Of a DNA stretch of 64,000 nt, positions 52,570-61,491 are shown in pieces. Where the stretch lies: NCBI GenBank assembly GCA_020353515.1, contig CP070695.1:3945460-4009459 (forward strand), given 5' to 3'. The notes under the pieces are model-generated. The model was given only the letters and a program-made list of their open reading frames with translations, searched no databases and was not told the DNA's origin. Within the stretch, counting starts at the first letter, position 1; each line of letters begins with the position of its first letter. Both the position numbers and the translations under genes were made by a program. Origin of the DNA: Candidatus Heimdallarchaeota archaeon. GTDB lineage: Archaea; Asgardarchaeota; Heimdallarchaeia; Hodarchaeales; Hodarchaeaceae.

Positions 52570-52617
52570 CTATCAACCTCTAATTAATGTTTCATAAAAA
52601 CTCAAAGTTATCATCAT

Positions 52618-52908
52618 TTATTTTGCGTAAGTTTGTTTTCCATCAATCTTTATAAAATCAATAATCGCTTGAATTGTCGCATCAACAGGTCGATCTTTAG
52701 TCATGGCTGTTAAACGGGAGGAACTTCCAGAAACTACCATTACAATTTCACCCTCACCTGCACCTACCACATCAACAGCTACAAATGGGGATCCTTCTGG
52801 TCTAAATTCTTTCATATCAACAGGTTGGACAATAAGCAGTTTGAATGCGTTTAAATTCTCATCTTTTTTCGTACTAACTACATTCCCTATTACTCTACAG
52901 ATTTTCAT
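52618..52908 (-). CDS. BMC-P vertex protein (EutN/CcmL family)
   Basis: VIGNVVSTKK, VAVDVVGAGEGE, GSSSR, PVDATIQAIID. Confidence 0.95.
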   Translation of the reverse strand: MKICRVIGNVVSTKKDENLNAFKLLIVQPVDMKEFRPEGSPFVAVDVVGAGEGEIVMVVSGSSSRLTAMTKDRPVDATIQAIIDFIKIDGKQTYAK

Positions 52909-52919
52909 AAGTATTTCAC

Positions 52920-53645
52920 CTAAATTCTCACAATACGTATACCTAAATCCCGAGCTTTCTCTCGTGCCAAAGGAGTAACGATTGCTGTGCGTGGTACCCT
53001 TAACTCGAGGGTTTTTCCATCCAAAGTCTTGATGTATGTCTCTGTTATGAGATCTGGGATTCGGGGGGGACTTTTTAAAAAGCGTTCTTTCAAGTCATTT
53101 TCATCAAGAACGCCAAACCCAATCTTTACAAGGAGAGAAAGTCTTTTTCTTAATTCTTGATTGATTTTACTTAGTGGTTTATATTCAGAAACTAAATCCA
53201 TTAAATTAAACGGTGTTAATATATATACTGGAACATTATAAAGAAGCCCTTGGATCAATACATTTACTATAGGATCCTCATCTTGAAATTGAATTAATTT
53301 ATCTGCTATCTCAAAGCTAAATGCACCAAAGATTATATACTCTAAATCAATAAAATCAGTGAGAATAAAACTATTTCTTTCACCTATAATAACTTTCATT
53401 GATGGCATTGAAGCGCACCTAACTGAGATTTGGAGGAGAAAATCAATTTCCTCTAGTGTCCAAATTAATACTGGAATTTCTTCGCGAGATAATTGAATTA
53501 AAGACTCGAACAACTTGTCAATACCTTTACCCATATGAGTCAAAATTCCTAGGACCTTGAACGAACCTGAAACCTCTTTGTGCTCTGTTTTCAGGGCCTT
53601 TTCGACTTCACGGGCAACAACTGCTGATAGTTGTTCGTCTTCCAT
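52920..53645 (-). CDS. BMC-associated flavoprotein-like protein with encapsulation peptide
   Basis: N-terminal amphipathic helix; degenerate flavoprotein fold; C-terminal LITE...AIVTPLAREKARDLGI motif. Confidence 0.7.
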   Translation of the reverse strand: MEDEQLSAVVAREVEKALKTEHKEVSGSFKVLGILTHMGKGIDKLFESLIQLSREEIPVLIWTLEEIDFLLQISVRCASMPSMKVIIGERNSFILTDFIDLEYIIFGAFSFEIADKLIQFQDEDPIVNVLIQGLLYNVPVYILTPFNLMDLVSEYKPLSKINQELRKRLSLLVKIGFGVLDENDLKERFLKSPPRIPDLITETYIKTLDGKTLELRVPRTAIVTPLAREKARDLGIRIVRI

Positions 53646-53660
53646 TTCTTATAGGACTTC

Positions 53661-53978
53661 CTAATATTTTTTTTCTTTAAATGCCTTCTTTTCCTTTTTA
53701 CTTAACATTTCAATAGTAGTTAGAATATCAGCAGCAGGTTGGGCAATAATATTTGCTGTGACATATGTGCAAATTGTTTTAGCTTCCTTTCGGGCTTTTT
53801 CAATGGCACTATGTACAGCTGCAACGTCTCCCTTAATTATTAATGTTATTAATCCTCCTGAAGTTCTACTAAGAGATATTAACCTCACATTTGCTGTTTT
53901 CAATGCAATGTCAGTAGCCACAATAGCCCCCAATCGTCCAGACGTTTCTATAAACCCTAATGCTGACATTGAATTCAC
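53661..53978 (-). CDS. BMC-H shell protein (divergent)
   Basis: ALGFIETSG...ALKTANV...KGDVAAV. Confidence 0.9.
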   Translation of the reverse strand: MNSMSALGFIETSGRLGAIVATDIALKTANVRLISLSRTSGGLITLIIKGDVAAVHSAIEKARKEAKTICTYVTANIIAQPAADILTTIEMLSKKEKKAFKEKKY

Positions 53979-55819
53979 CTAAATGGAGAAAAAGTGCTTT
54001 GATCAAGATTTGTAATAATATGACCCAAATCACCGTCGTTCAGTGCAAGAGCATTCCCTTCATCAACATCCAGATGCAATTCAAGCTGGGATAGAGGATG
54101 AATTCTTACTATAATTTCATCCAGAATTCCAGCTCGTTTTCCAGGGAAACTTACAGCGACTTTTTGTTTATCTTTCACCCCAAATTTCGCTGCATCATCA
54201 GGACTCATATGAATATGTCTAGCTGCACGGATAACTCCTTTCTTTATTTGGATTGCTCCTTTAGGGCCAATGATATGAATACCGGGTGTACCTGAAAGAT
54301 TTCCAGAATGACGGATAGGGGGATTTATTCCAAGAACATGTCCATCACTAAGAGAAATTTCAACTTGTGTCTGCTCTTTAAATGGTTTTAGAACACATAT
54401 TCCTTTTATTGACCTTCTAGATCCGACAAGTTCTACTCTTAAACCACACGAGGGTGTTTTTGATTGTTTCAATTCGGAATCTAATCCAAATAAGCGTAAA
54501 AAATCACTTTGACTTAAATGAACATGCCGAGCTGAAAGAGCAACGGGTACCAACCTATCCTGAAAAACCCTTTGTAATTCTTGTTTCACAAACCGTTCAA
54601 CTAAAGTAATATCTTCAAAATGTGCTTCTCTCTCTGTCAAAGGAATATACTCACACCCCAAAGGTCCACAATATCTTCCAATATAATCAGCAGAAGGGCG
54701 GTATAGTACAGGTTTTGCACTCGGAGCTTCTGGAAATTTTTCTTCTAGTACGTGAGCAGCCCAACCAGCAGATCTTGACATTGTAAAAATTGGTGTAAAA
54801 AGGTGCATTGGAATGCCCATGGAAGTATAGACTGAAGCACCGTATAAGTCAACATTTGGATAGATTTCTAGTCCTTTTCGTCTTCTAAATTCTTCTTGTG
54901 TAATTACTACCATTTTATTTGTTGTATCATATATCCATTGAGCAAACTCAGTTTTACCTCGGATTAATCTTTTTGCCATCTCTCTTAATATTTTTGCACG
55001 AGGATCAATGGTTTTATATACCGCATGACCCATTCCCATGATACGTGTTCCTGTATCAAACTGCTTCTTTACCCATTCATCAACATTTGACATTTCTTTT
55101 ATTTCTAAAAGATTCATCATGACTCGTGGGCTTGCTCCTCCATGATATTTCCCAGATAGAGAGCCAATTGCTCCTGAAATGGCCGCATAGAGATCTGCTC
55201 CTGTAGATGCGATAACTCTTGCAGTAAAAGTTGAAGCGTTGAAAGAATGCTCAGCATGAAGAATAAGAGCGATATCAAAACATCTAGCAATGTCTTTTGC
55301 TGGTTCTTCCCCCTTTAACATATAAAGAAAATTTGCTGCATGAGATAATTTCTTGTGTGGAACAATTGGCTTTTTTTCATTCCTAATTCTCTCCCAAGCT
55401 GCTACAATGGTAGGGATTTTTGCAATAATCCGAATTGCTATTCTTCTGTGTGATTCTTTAGATTCATCTGTGATTTCAGGGTCAAAACCTGCTAATAGAG
55501 CAAGAGAAGACTGGAGAACATTCATTGTGGGAGTAGTTTCAGGGGATTGGCGGAGTTGTTCTATTACTTCTTGGGGAATTTCCCGTTCTGCTACTAAAGC
55601 TGTATTTAATTCTTCTATTTGAGTAGAATTCGGTAATTGCCCATAAATAAGCAGATATACTATCTCTTCATAAGTTGAATGCTCTGCTAAATCTTGTATG
55701 CTATAACCTCTATAAAAAAGATTTCCAATTTCTCCTTCAATCAAGCATAGATTAGTATCACTAACTTCAACGCCTCGTAAACCGGTCGATTTTAAACTAT
55801 ACTCTTCAACCATTTCCAT
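53975..55819 (-). CDS. Citrate synthase - PduL (phosphotransacylase) fusion
   Basis: Citrate synthase motifs GLRGV, LFYRGY, NASTF, HGGA, GMGHAVYK, PNVD; PduL motifs RHVHLS, TQVEIS, RHIHM, HLDVDEGNA. Confidence 0.9.
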   Translation of the reverse strand: MEMVEEYSLKSTGLRGVEVSDTNLCLIEGEIGNLFYRGYSIQDLAEHSTYEEIVYLLIYGQLPNSTQIEELNTALVAEREIPQEVIEQLRQSPETTPTMNVLQSSLALLAGFDPEITDESKESHRRIAIRIIAKIPTIVAAWERIRNEKKPIVPHKKLSHAANFLYMLKGEEPAKDIARCFDIALILHAEHSFNASTFTARVIASTGADLYAAISGAIGSLSGKYHGGASPRVMMNLLEIKEMSNVDEWVKKQFDTGTRIMGMGHAVYKTIDPRAKILREMAKRLIRGKTEFAQWIYDTTNKMVVITQEEFRRRKGLEIYPNVDLYGASVYTSMGIPMHLFTPIFTMSRSAGWAAHVLEEKFPEAPSAKPVLYRPSADYIGRYCGPLGCEYIPLTEREAHFEDITLVERFVKQELQRVFQDRLVPVALSARHVHLSQSDFLRLFGLDSELKQSKTPSCGLRVELVGSRRSIKGICVLKPFKEQTQVEISLSDGHVLGINPPIRHSGNLSGTPGIHIIGPKGAIQIKKGVIRAARHIHMSPDDAAKFGVKDKQKVAVSFPGKRAGILDEIIVRIHPLSQLELHLDVDEGNALALNDGDLGHIITNLDQSTFSPFR

Positions 55820-56061
55820 ACCAATATTATTTTATCGTTGGTTGTTCTAGAGTCAATAAATTGTATAAGAACGTATCTTCCGTCTTGAAATATTTCTAAG
55901 ACAATAAGAAATTTAAAAACTTTCCACATTTTATTGAAAATATTTTTTCAGAATTTTAAAAAAAAGTTATCAATCAACCTAATAACGTCGTTAGACGCAA
56001 AATGATAACTTGATAACAGAATAATATCAATCATCCTATCGTACTTTTTTTCAAGTACTAA

Positions 56062-57042
56062 ATGGAAATTTGGAGATTTTCGATGATAATAAGAGGTTTC
56101 TCAGAATTTACTTCTTACAATTGCGCTCATTGCCATTCCAAATGCTGTGCAACTGAATATGACCTACCACTTTTTCCTCACGAAAGCGATAAGCTATGTA
56201 AGAATTATGAGTATTCATCTTTTTTCATTCAATCTACAGATAGAGGAAAAAGGCTGATTCGTGGGGATTCCTGCCCTTTTCTAACATCTCAAGGACTGTG
56301 TCTACTTCACAATACTCAGAATAAACCGCTAATGTGTCAAGTTTATCCTCTAATTCTTTGGAGAATAAAACCAGATATTTACTTATGTTGGATTCATCCC
56401 TGTCGTGGAAATGGATTTCAGTGGTTAGGTGGACATGATCATCAAATTACTGATCATTATTTGACTGAACTGATAGTGAATGTTCAGAATTACTTTGAAA
56501 GCTATTGGGGGGATCAAATTGATCTTGAAAACCCATTTACAGATGTATCTTACAAAAGAGTGCAACAGGAATTTAGTTTCTTTAAACAAAGAAGAAACGT
56601 TATTCTAGTAGACAAAATCACAGAAGTTAATGAGTCAGGAGATTTTTCAGACTATTTTCATTCAATTAGAGAAGTCTTACGTCCATCTTCTCAACATCCT
56701 GAACTTAATACAGTTATTAATGCTGTTCTTCATTGGTTAAGCTGGAGTCCAGTCAGTTTAAAACTAACTTTTCCTAATTCTAAGGTTATTTTCATGATAG
56801 CAGCGATGTGGATTGAATTACATGGTTCATTGACTCTTTCTCGTGTATTAAAACCTTCAGACCAGAAACGTTACCTTAATCAGCTAGGTTCCCTCCTCGC
56901 AACGTCAGTGATGCCTTCATTTTGGAGTTATATAGAAAGGAATGGACATAATGAATCAGTTAAGAAATTTTCAATTCGAGTGAGAAAAATCTTATCAGGA
57001 AAGATTCCACAACAATCTCTTAACGATCTTAAAGGAGTTTAA
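56062..57042 (+). CDS. YkgJ-family (CxxCxxxCC) Fe-S/Zn cluster protein
   Basis: CAHCHSKCC, CPFL...C.LH..KPLMCQVYP. Confidence 0.8.
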   Translation: MEIWRFSMIIRGFSEFTSYNCAHCHSKCCATEYDLPLFPHESDKLCKNYEYSSFFIQSTDRGKRLIRGDSCPFLTSQGLCLLHNTQNKPLMCQVYPLILWRIKPDIYLCWIHPCRGNGFQWLGGHDHQITDHYLTELIVNVQNYFESYWGDQIDLENPFTDVSYKRVQQEFSFFKQRRNVILVDKITEVNESGDFSDYFHSIREVLRPSSQHPELNTVINAVLHWLSWSPVSLKLTFPNSKVIFMIAAMWIELHGSLTLSRVLKPSDQKRYLNQLGSLLATSVMPSFWSYIERNGHNESVKKFSIRVRKILSGKIPQQSLNDLKGV

Positions 57043-57118
57043 CCTAATTAGCAAAAGATTATCAATGATCAGGTAAAGCCTTTATATTAGAAGTTAATTA
57101 GTATTTATGTGATTAGTT

Positions 57119-57301
57119 ATGGCAGGTAGTCATGGTTCACTCACAAAAGCTGGAAAAGTCAGAAATCAAACCCCAAAAGTTGAGGCACGACCACGTAAAG
57201 GTCTTACACCTAGTTTACGGAATAAAAAGAATTTCTTCAAGCGTGTGGAAAGAGGGATGCCTTCTGGCCAACCTGAATACCGACCTGAAGGCCGTAGATA
57301 A
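57119..57301 (+). CDS. rps30e: 30S ribosomal protein eS30
   Basis: [18 protein letters not shown]. Confidence 0.95.
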   Translation: MAGSHGSLTKAGKVRNQTPKVEARPRKGLTPSLRNKKNFFKRVERGMPSGQPEYRPEGRR

Positions 57302-57304
57302 TTT

Positions 57305-57541
57305 TTATTTTCTTAATTGAATTCGATGTCCACAGCGTTCACAAAATTTTCCATCAGGTTGAACTGAAGCCCCGCATTTATTACAATAACGTATTTTCCT
57401 GTCTTGATTTTCTTTCTTATCATCCTCAAATTTCCGCCACGCGGATTTATGAGGATCTACCCCTTTTTGTTTAGCGTATTCAAACCAAAATGACTTTTTT
57501 TCTTTTTTTCGTTTTGAATTAGGGCCCTTAGCTTCTGTTAT
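57305..57541 (-). CDS. Zinc-ribbon protein (78 aa) missed by the ORF track; apparent ATA start
   Basis: ITEAKGP...RYCNKCGASVQPDGKFCERCGHRIQLRK*; GGTGG SD 5 nt before ATA. Confidence 0.65.
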   Translation of the reverse strand: MTEAKGPNSKRKKEKKSFWFEYAKQKGVDPHKSAWRKFEDDKKENQDRKIRYCNKCGASVQPDGKFCERCGHRIQLRK

Positions 57542-57757
57542 CTATTCCACCACATTTATTCTCTTTTCTATTTAGATCTATTCCTATCTACTTAAAAAAT
57601 CTTGTTATCACAGAACTTATTATTCTTGAATTTTTATGGAAAAATGATAGAAAACAAATATATGGTTCATTTTTCGAATATATTAGAGTGTCATTTCTTT
57701 TTACAGAGTCGTGACAATTCGTCCCTCAGCAAAAATTTTGAATTATTAAGAAAAGAA

Positions 57758-57855
57758 TGGTAGCGGCCGGAGGATTTGAACCATCCGATCTCGGGGTTTC
57801 TCAAGAAGTATTTCTTTATGAGCCCCGCGGGATAACCTAGCTACCCTAGGCCGCT
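57758..57855 (-). tRNA. Initiator tRNA-Met(CAU) with 19-nt intron and encoded CCA
   Basis: A1:U72, CGGGG/CCCCG anticodon stem, CUCA/UGAG BHB. Confidence 0.9.
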
Positions 57856-58250
57856 AAGCTGTTTGATCTATTATTGACAAGCTTCTTTTTGTTTATAAAC
57901 TCTCACTTATTTTAAACAGTTGTCTGTTTTAATCAATAAACCATTTCCATTGTAAATTCCGTTTTCCATCCTTAAATTATAACTAACAACTTTTTCTTTC
58001 CAAATTAAAAGATGACCTCTCTAGCTTAGTAAACCCAAAATAAAAATGGAATAACGAATGTAACCTGAACAAACTTTTCGAATTTATTAAAAAAAAGACA
58101 AAAAATGAAGTGTACAAGGAGCTCACTTATCTATACCTGTGCCTCGTAAAGAACATCTACTTTTTAATATGAAAATAAAAATGAATCTTTAGCAAGGTGT
58201 GAGAAAATAAAAAGTAATATCGGAATTATTTGGAATGGAGATATTCTGAG

Positions 58251-58553
58251 ATGAAAATACCTGCAAAGATGAGGACATTCTGCCCACATTGTACTAAGCA
58301 CACCGAGCAAGAAGTTAAAATTGAGAAACCAAGACAGCGTGGAGGAGGAATGAGTCAAGGAAGTAGACGAATGGCTCGATGGACAAGTCGAATTGGGAAT
58401 CATGGTAGATATTCCCGTAGGCCTATTGCATCGAGAAATATGACCTCAAAAACTACAAAGAAGGTCGATCTTCGTCTCACATGCTCAGAATGTGGAAAAA
58501 AGTGGATTCGTAGTCGACCTAGGGCTAGAAGAACTGAAATCGCGCGTGTCTAA
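58251..58553 (+). CDS. rpl44e: 50S ribosomal protein eL42 (L44e)
   Basis: MKIPAKMRTFCPHCTKHT...KTTKKVDLRLTCSECGK. Confidence 0.95.
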   Translation: MKIPAKMRTFCPHCTKHTEQEVKIEKPRQRGGGMSQGSRRMARWTSRIGNHGRYSRRPIASRNMTSKTTKKVDLRLTCSECGKKWIRSRPRARRTEIARV

Positions 58554-58580
58554 TTATTATATTGTTATTGAGGAGTAATA

Positions 58581-58919
58581 ATGGCTGAGAAAGAATCCAA
58601 TGAAGTTAATTCTCAAGAATCGCAATCAGAAGAAAGCTCAGATCCCTCGGAGGTTATTAAGAGGCTTGGGAGAACGAAAAAACGGATTCTTATTGAACTA
58701 TATCGCGATTCAGTTGGTTATAAACGGTTAAGTAAAATTATTGGAGTCGGTTTGGACACAATCAGGAGTCATATTCGAACTGGTAAGTATAGTAGATCCC
58801 TCCTTGAACTTGGACTAGTTGAAAGAGGAGAACAAGGCTGGCAATTGACACCTCTTGGCCTTCAGGTGACGGAGTTGCTGCAACAAGATGCCGAGTTTAA
58901 GGCTTTCTTCTTTGAATAA
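58581..58919 (+). CDS. Small winged-helix protein
   Basis: LSKIIGVGLDTIRSHI...LLELGLVE...WQLTPLG. Confidence 0.75.
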   Translation: MAEKESNEVNSQESQSEESSDPSEVIKRLGRTKKRILIELYRDSVGYKRLSKIIGVGLDTIRSHIRTGKYSRSLLELGLVERGEQGWQLTPLGLQVTELLQQDAEFKAFFFE

Positions 58920-59086
58920 TTTTCAGCATCAGTATTTTATAACAATTCTTTTCTGAATGTCTATTATAGGATTGTAGATTTTTAGGGGGGAAGATTCTAC
59001 GCGTTTCAAGGTAATACTCAAGAGGCCAGTAATAATCAAGCGATACTTCTAAAAACTTCTTTCTGGATCCCCTTTCTTGACAAATA

Positions 59087-60205
59087 TTGCCTTTGGATTC
59101 AAGATATAAATCAATTATTGAATTAGGACTCCTTCTGAGCTTAGCGATATTGATGGCAATAGCTCTTTCCATTGGAATCACCATCTTTTTAGGGGGATCG
59201 AGCCATCCAACTGTAGCAGTAACCACAGGTAGTATGCTTCCCATTTACAATGGCTTTCAAGACGATGAATACACTGATATCCATCCTTTCCGAGGAGATA
59301 TTCTACTAGTTAAGAAAGTCCCAATTGAAACAATAGAAGTGGGAGATGTTATCGTATTTGATACTCCCAGCGTTTCTGATCCTGTTGTTCATCGAGTTGC
59401 TGCAAAATGGCAACAGAATGATAGTTTTATCTTTAAAACAAATGGAGATAATAATGAACATGTTGATCCATGGGAGGTCTCTGGTGATGAAATCCATGGA
59501 GTTGTAGTCCTTCGAATCCCTCATATTGGCTGGTTCTTATTAGTAGTACAAACAACTGTTGGAAAAATACTTATATTAGCACTTGCAGTTCTCATTCTAT
59601 TTATGGGAGACGATTCAGAAGAGGAGGCTCCATCAAATGAGAAAGGACTTGATACTGTTCAAAAACAGAAAGAAAATAGTCTGGTATCGAAAACAATTGA
59701 TTTCTTTAATAAAATTATTCGAAAAAAGAGTTATCTCTTTGCCGCACTCGCCCTAACAATCATTATTTTATTTTTAGGAAGTAATCTGATTTATTCATTT
59801 CTTAATCCACCTTCGATCAAGCTTTATCGTATTGATGATGAATTTAAAGCGGCTAATCTCATTTTAGCGCCCTCTCCTCTCGTTTCTAGAGATCCCCGCG
59901 ATTATTGGGATGATTCCACTAACCAAACAGCTTGTTTCTTTCCAATTCAAATTGAAATCCAGTCAGGGGGGATTTTTAACAATATTGATCGATTTGAAAT
60001 TCGTGTAAATGAAACAAAAGGAAAATATTGTTGGAACACCGTCTATAATTTTGTAGGAACGCGTGTTTTCAAAGGAGGAATCATTGCGGTTATGAATACT
60101 AGTTCCATAATTACAGCCTCGGTTTCTGTATCTTTATATTCACGGGGATTGTTTGCATCCTCTCCGCAATTTAAAACTTTTACAATAAGCTTAAGGAGTC
60201 AGTGA
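59087..60205 (+). CDS. sec11: Signal peptidase I (Sec11/S26B) with extra TM and C-terminal domain
   Basis: VTTGSMLP, RGD, VVHRV, TNGDNN..D, IPHIGW. Confidence 0.88.
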   Translation: MPLDSRYKSIIELGLLLSLAILMAIALSIGITIFLGGSSHPTVAVTTGSMLPIYNGFQDDEYTDIHPFRGDILLVKKVPIETIEVGDVIVFDTPSVSDPVVHRVAAKWQQNDSFIFKTNGDNNEHVDPWEVSGDEIHGVVVLRIPHIGWFLLVVQTTVGKILILALAVLILFMGDDSEEEAPSNEKGLDTVQKQKENSLVSKTIDFFNKIIRKKSYLFAALALTIIILFLGSNLIYSFLNPPSIKLYRIDDEFKAANLILAPSPLVSRDPRDYWDDSTNQTACFFPIQIEIQSGGIFNNIDRFEIRVNETKGKYCWNTVYNFVGTRVFKGGIIAVMNTSSIITASVSVSLYSRGLFASSPQFKTFTISLRSQ

Positions 60206-60972
60206 TTGATCCTATGCCTAATATGTGTTATTTAGTGGGAACTGCTGGCTCAGGGAAAACTATTCTCACTTCTTCACTTCAAACATACTTAATTACTAAG
60301 GGAGCCTCCCTCACCACAGTTAACCTTGATCCTGCTGTTAAACATATCCCATACCAAGCTGATGTTGATATTCGAGACTACATTGATTATGACCAATTAA
60401 TTGATGAACATAATTTAGGACCCAATGGTGCAATGATTGCCGCAGTTGATCTAGTTGCTGATCATATTAATGATCTCCGGGATGATATCGAAGAATTAGG
60501 TGAAAGCTCTTCCTTGGTATTAGTTGATACTCCTGGTCAAATGGAGCTTTTTGCTTACCGTCGTTCAGGAACAGAAATCACAAGTAGTTTCCCGTTAGAT
60601 ACCTCGTTTATTGCTTTCCTTTTTGATTCAACACTTGTCTCTCATATAGGTGGATTTCTTTCAGTAAGCTTATTAGCAACCTCAGTTCAACTTCGATTAA
60701 ACCTTCCTATTGCCCATGTTATTACAAAAATTGATCTTCTAAAGCCCCATCAGGTTGAAGATGTTTTAGCATGGAGGGAGAATCCATACGATGCCATTGA
60801 AGAAGACCTAATTGGGATGACTCGCGAGTTTTCTCTCCAAGTGGGCCAGATAATAGAGGGATTAGGACAGATCCCCTTAATACCCGTTAGTGCTTTGTCA
60901 GGGGAAGGATTGGAATTGTTAAGTGCCCAAATAAGTCGTGTGTTTGAAGCGGGAGAAGATTGGTCTATCTAA
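60202..60972 (+). CDS. GPN-loop GTPase
   Basis: GTAGSGKT, NLDP, LGPNGA, DTPGQME, TKID. Confidence 0.93.
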   Translation: MIDPMPNMCYLVGTAGSGKTILTSSLQTYLITKGASLTTVNLDPAVKHIPYQADVDIRDYIDYDQLIDEHNLGPNGAMIAAVDLVADHINDLRDDIEELGESSSLVLVDTPGQMELFAYRRSGTEITSSFPLDTSFIAFLFDSTLVSHIGGFLSVSLLATSVQLRLNLPIAHVITKIDLLKPHQVEDVLAWRENPYDAIEEDLIGMTREFSLQVGQIIEGLGQIPLIPVSALSGEGLELLSAQISRVFEAGEDWSI

Positions 60973-61373
60973 GGAATATTGAAAAACATCCATACCAAAG
61001 AAGTCATTACAATAAAGAGAACTAAAAATGTAAAAGTTCCAGATAACCATAATCTTTTCTGGTCAATTTCTTCTCCTGAGATCTTTAGAACAAACCTGAC
61101 AAAAATAACACAGACAATTAAAGCTACTATGAGAATTAAAAACCACCAATTCAAGAATATGTCTGATAATATAAATAAAAATCCTGTAATTCCTCCCGTA
61201 CTAACACCGAAAGCAACTTTTGTATAATACATTTTTGTGTTGGGGGCTAACCCCTTGGGTTTTGTCTCTGTAGGTTCAGATTCTAGCTTAAAAGTAGAAT
61301 CATCTACAGTACGTTTAATCCGGCGAATCTTGCGTTGACTGATATGTCGTCGTTCTCTACTCAATTTTAACAC
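60969..61373 (-). CDS. 3-TM membrane protein, EMC6/Rab5ip-like
   Basis: YYTKVAFGVSTGGITG...LWLSGTFTFLVLFIVMTSLVW topology. Confidence 0.5.
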   Translation of the reverse strand: MLKLSRERRHISQRKIRRIKRTVDDSTFKLESEPTETKPKGLAPNTKMYYTKVAFGVSTGGITGFLFILSDIFLNWWFLILIVALIVCVIFVRFVLKISGEEIDQKRLWLSGTFTFLVLFIVMTSLVWMFFNIP

Positions 61374-61491
61374 TTATTAATTTTGGTTCAAGATTTTTGA
61401 TGATAGGCTGATTATAACGCCTCTTGCATTTTGATAATAATCCTTTTTACATGAATAAGGCTCAACCTTTAATATCATAGAGAGGATTTAT

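Noticed and set aside
46173-55819. Carboxysome, Pdu, Eut or glycyl-radical BMC
   Set aside because: No RuBisCO, diol dehydratase, ethanolamine ammonia-lyase or glycyl radical enzyme; DeoC + RpiB are the signature enzymes
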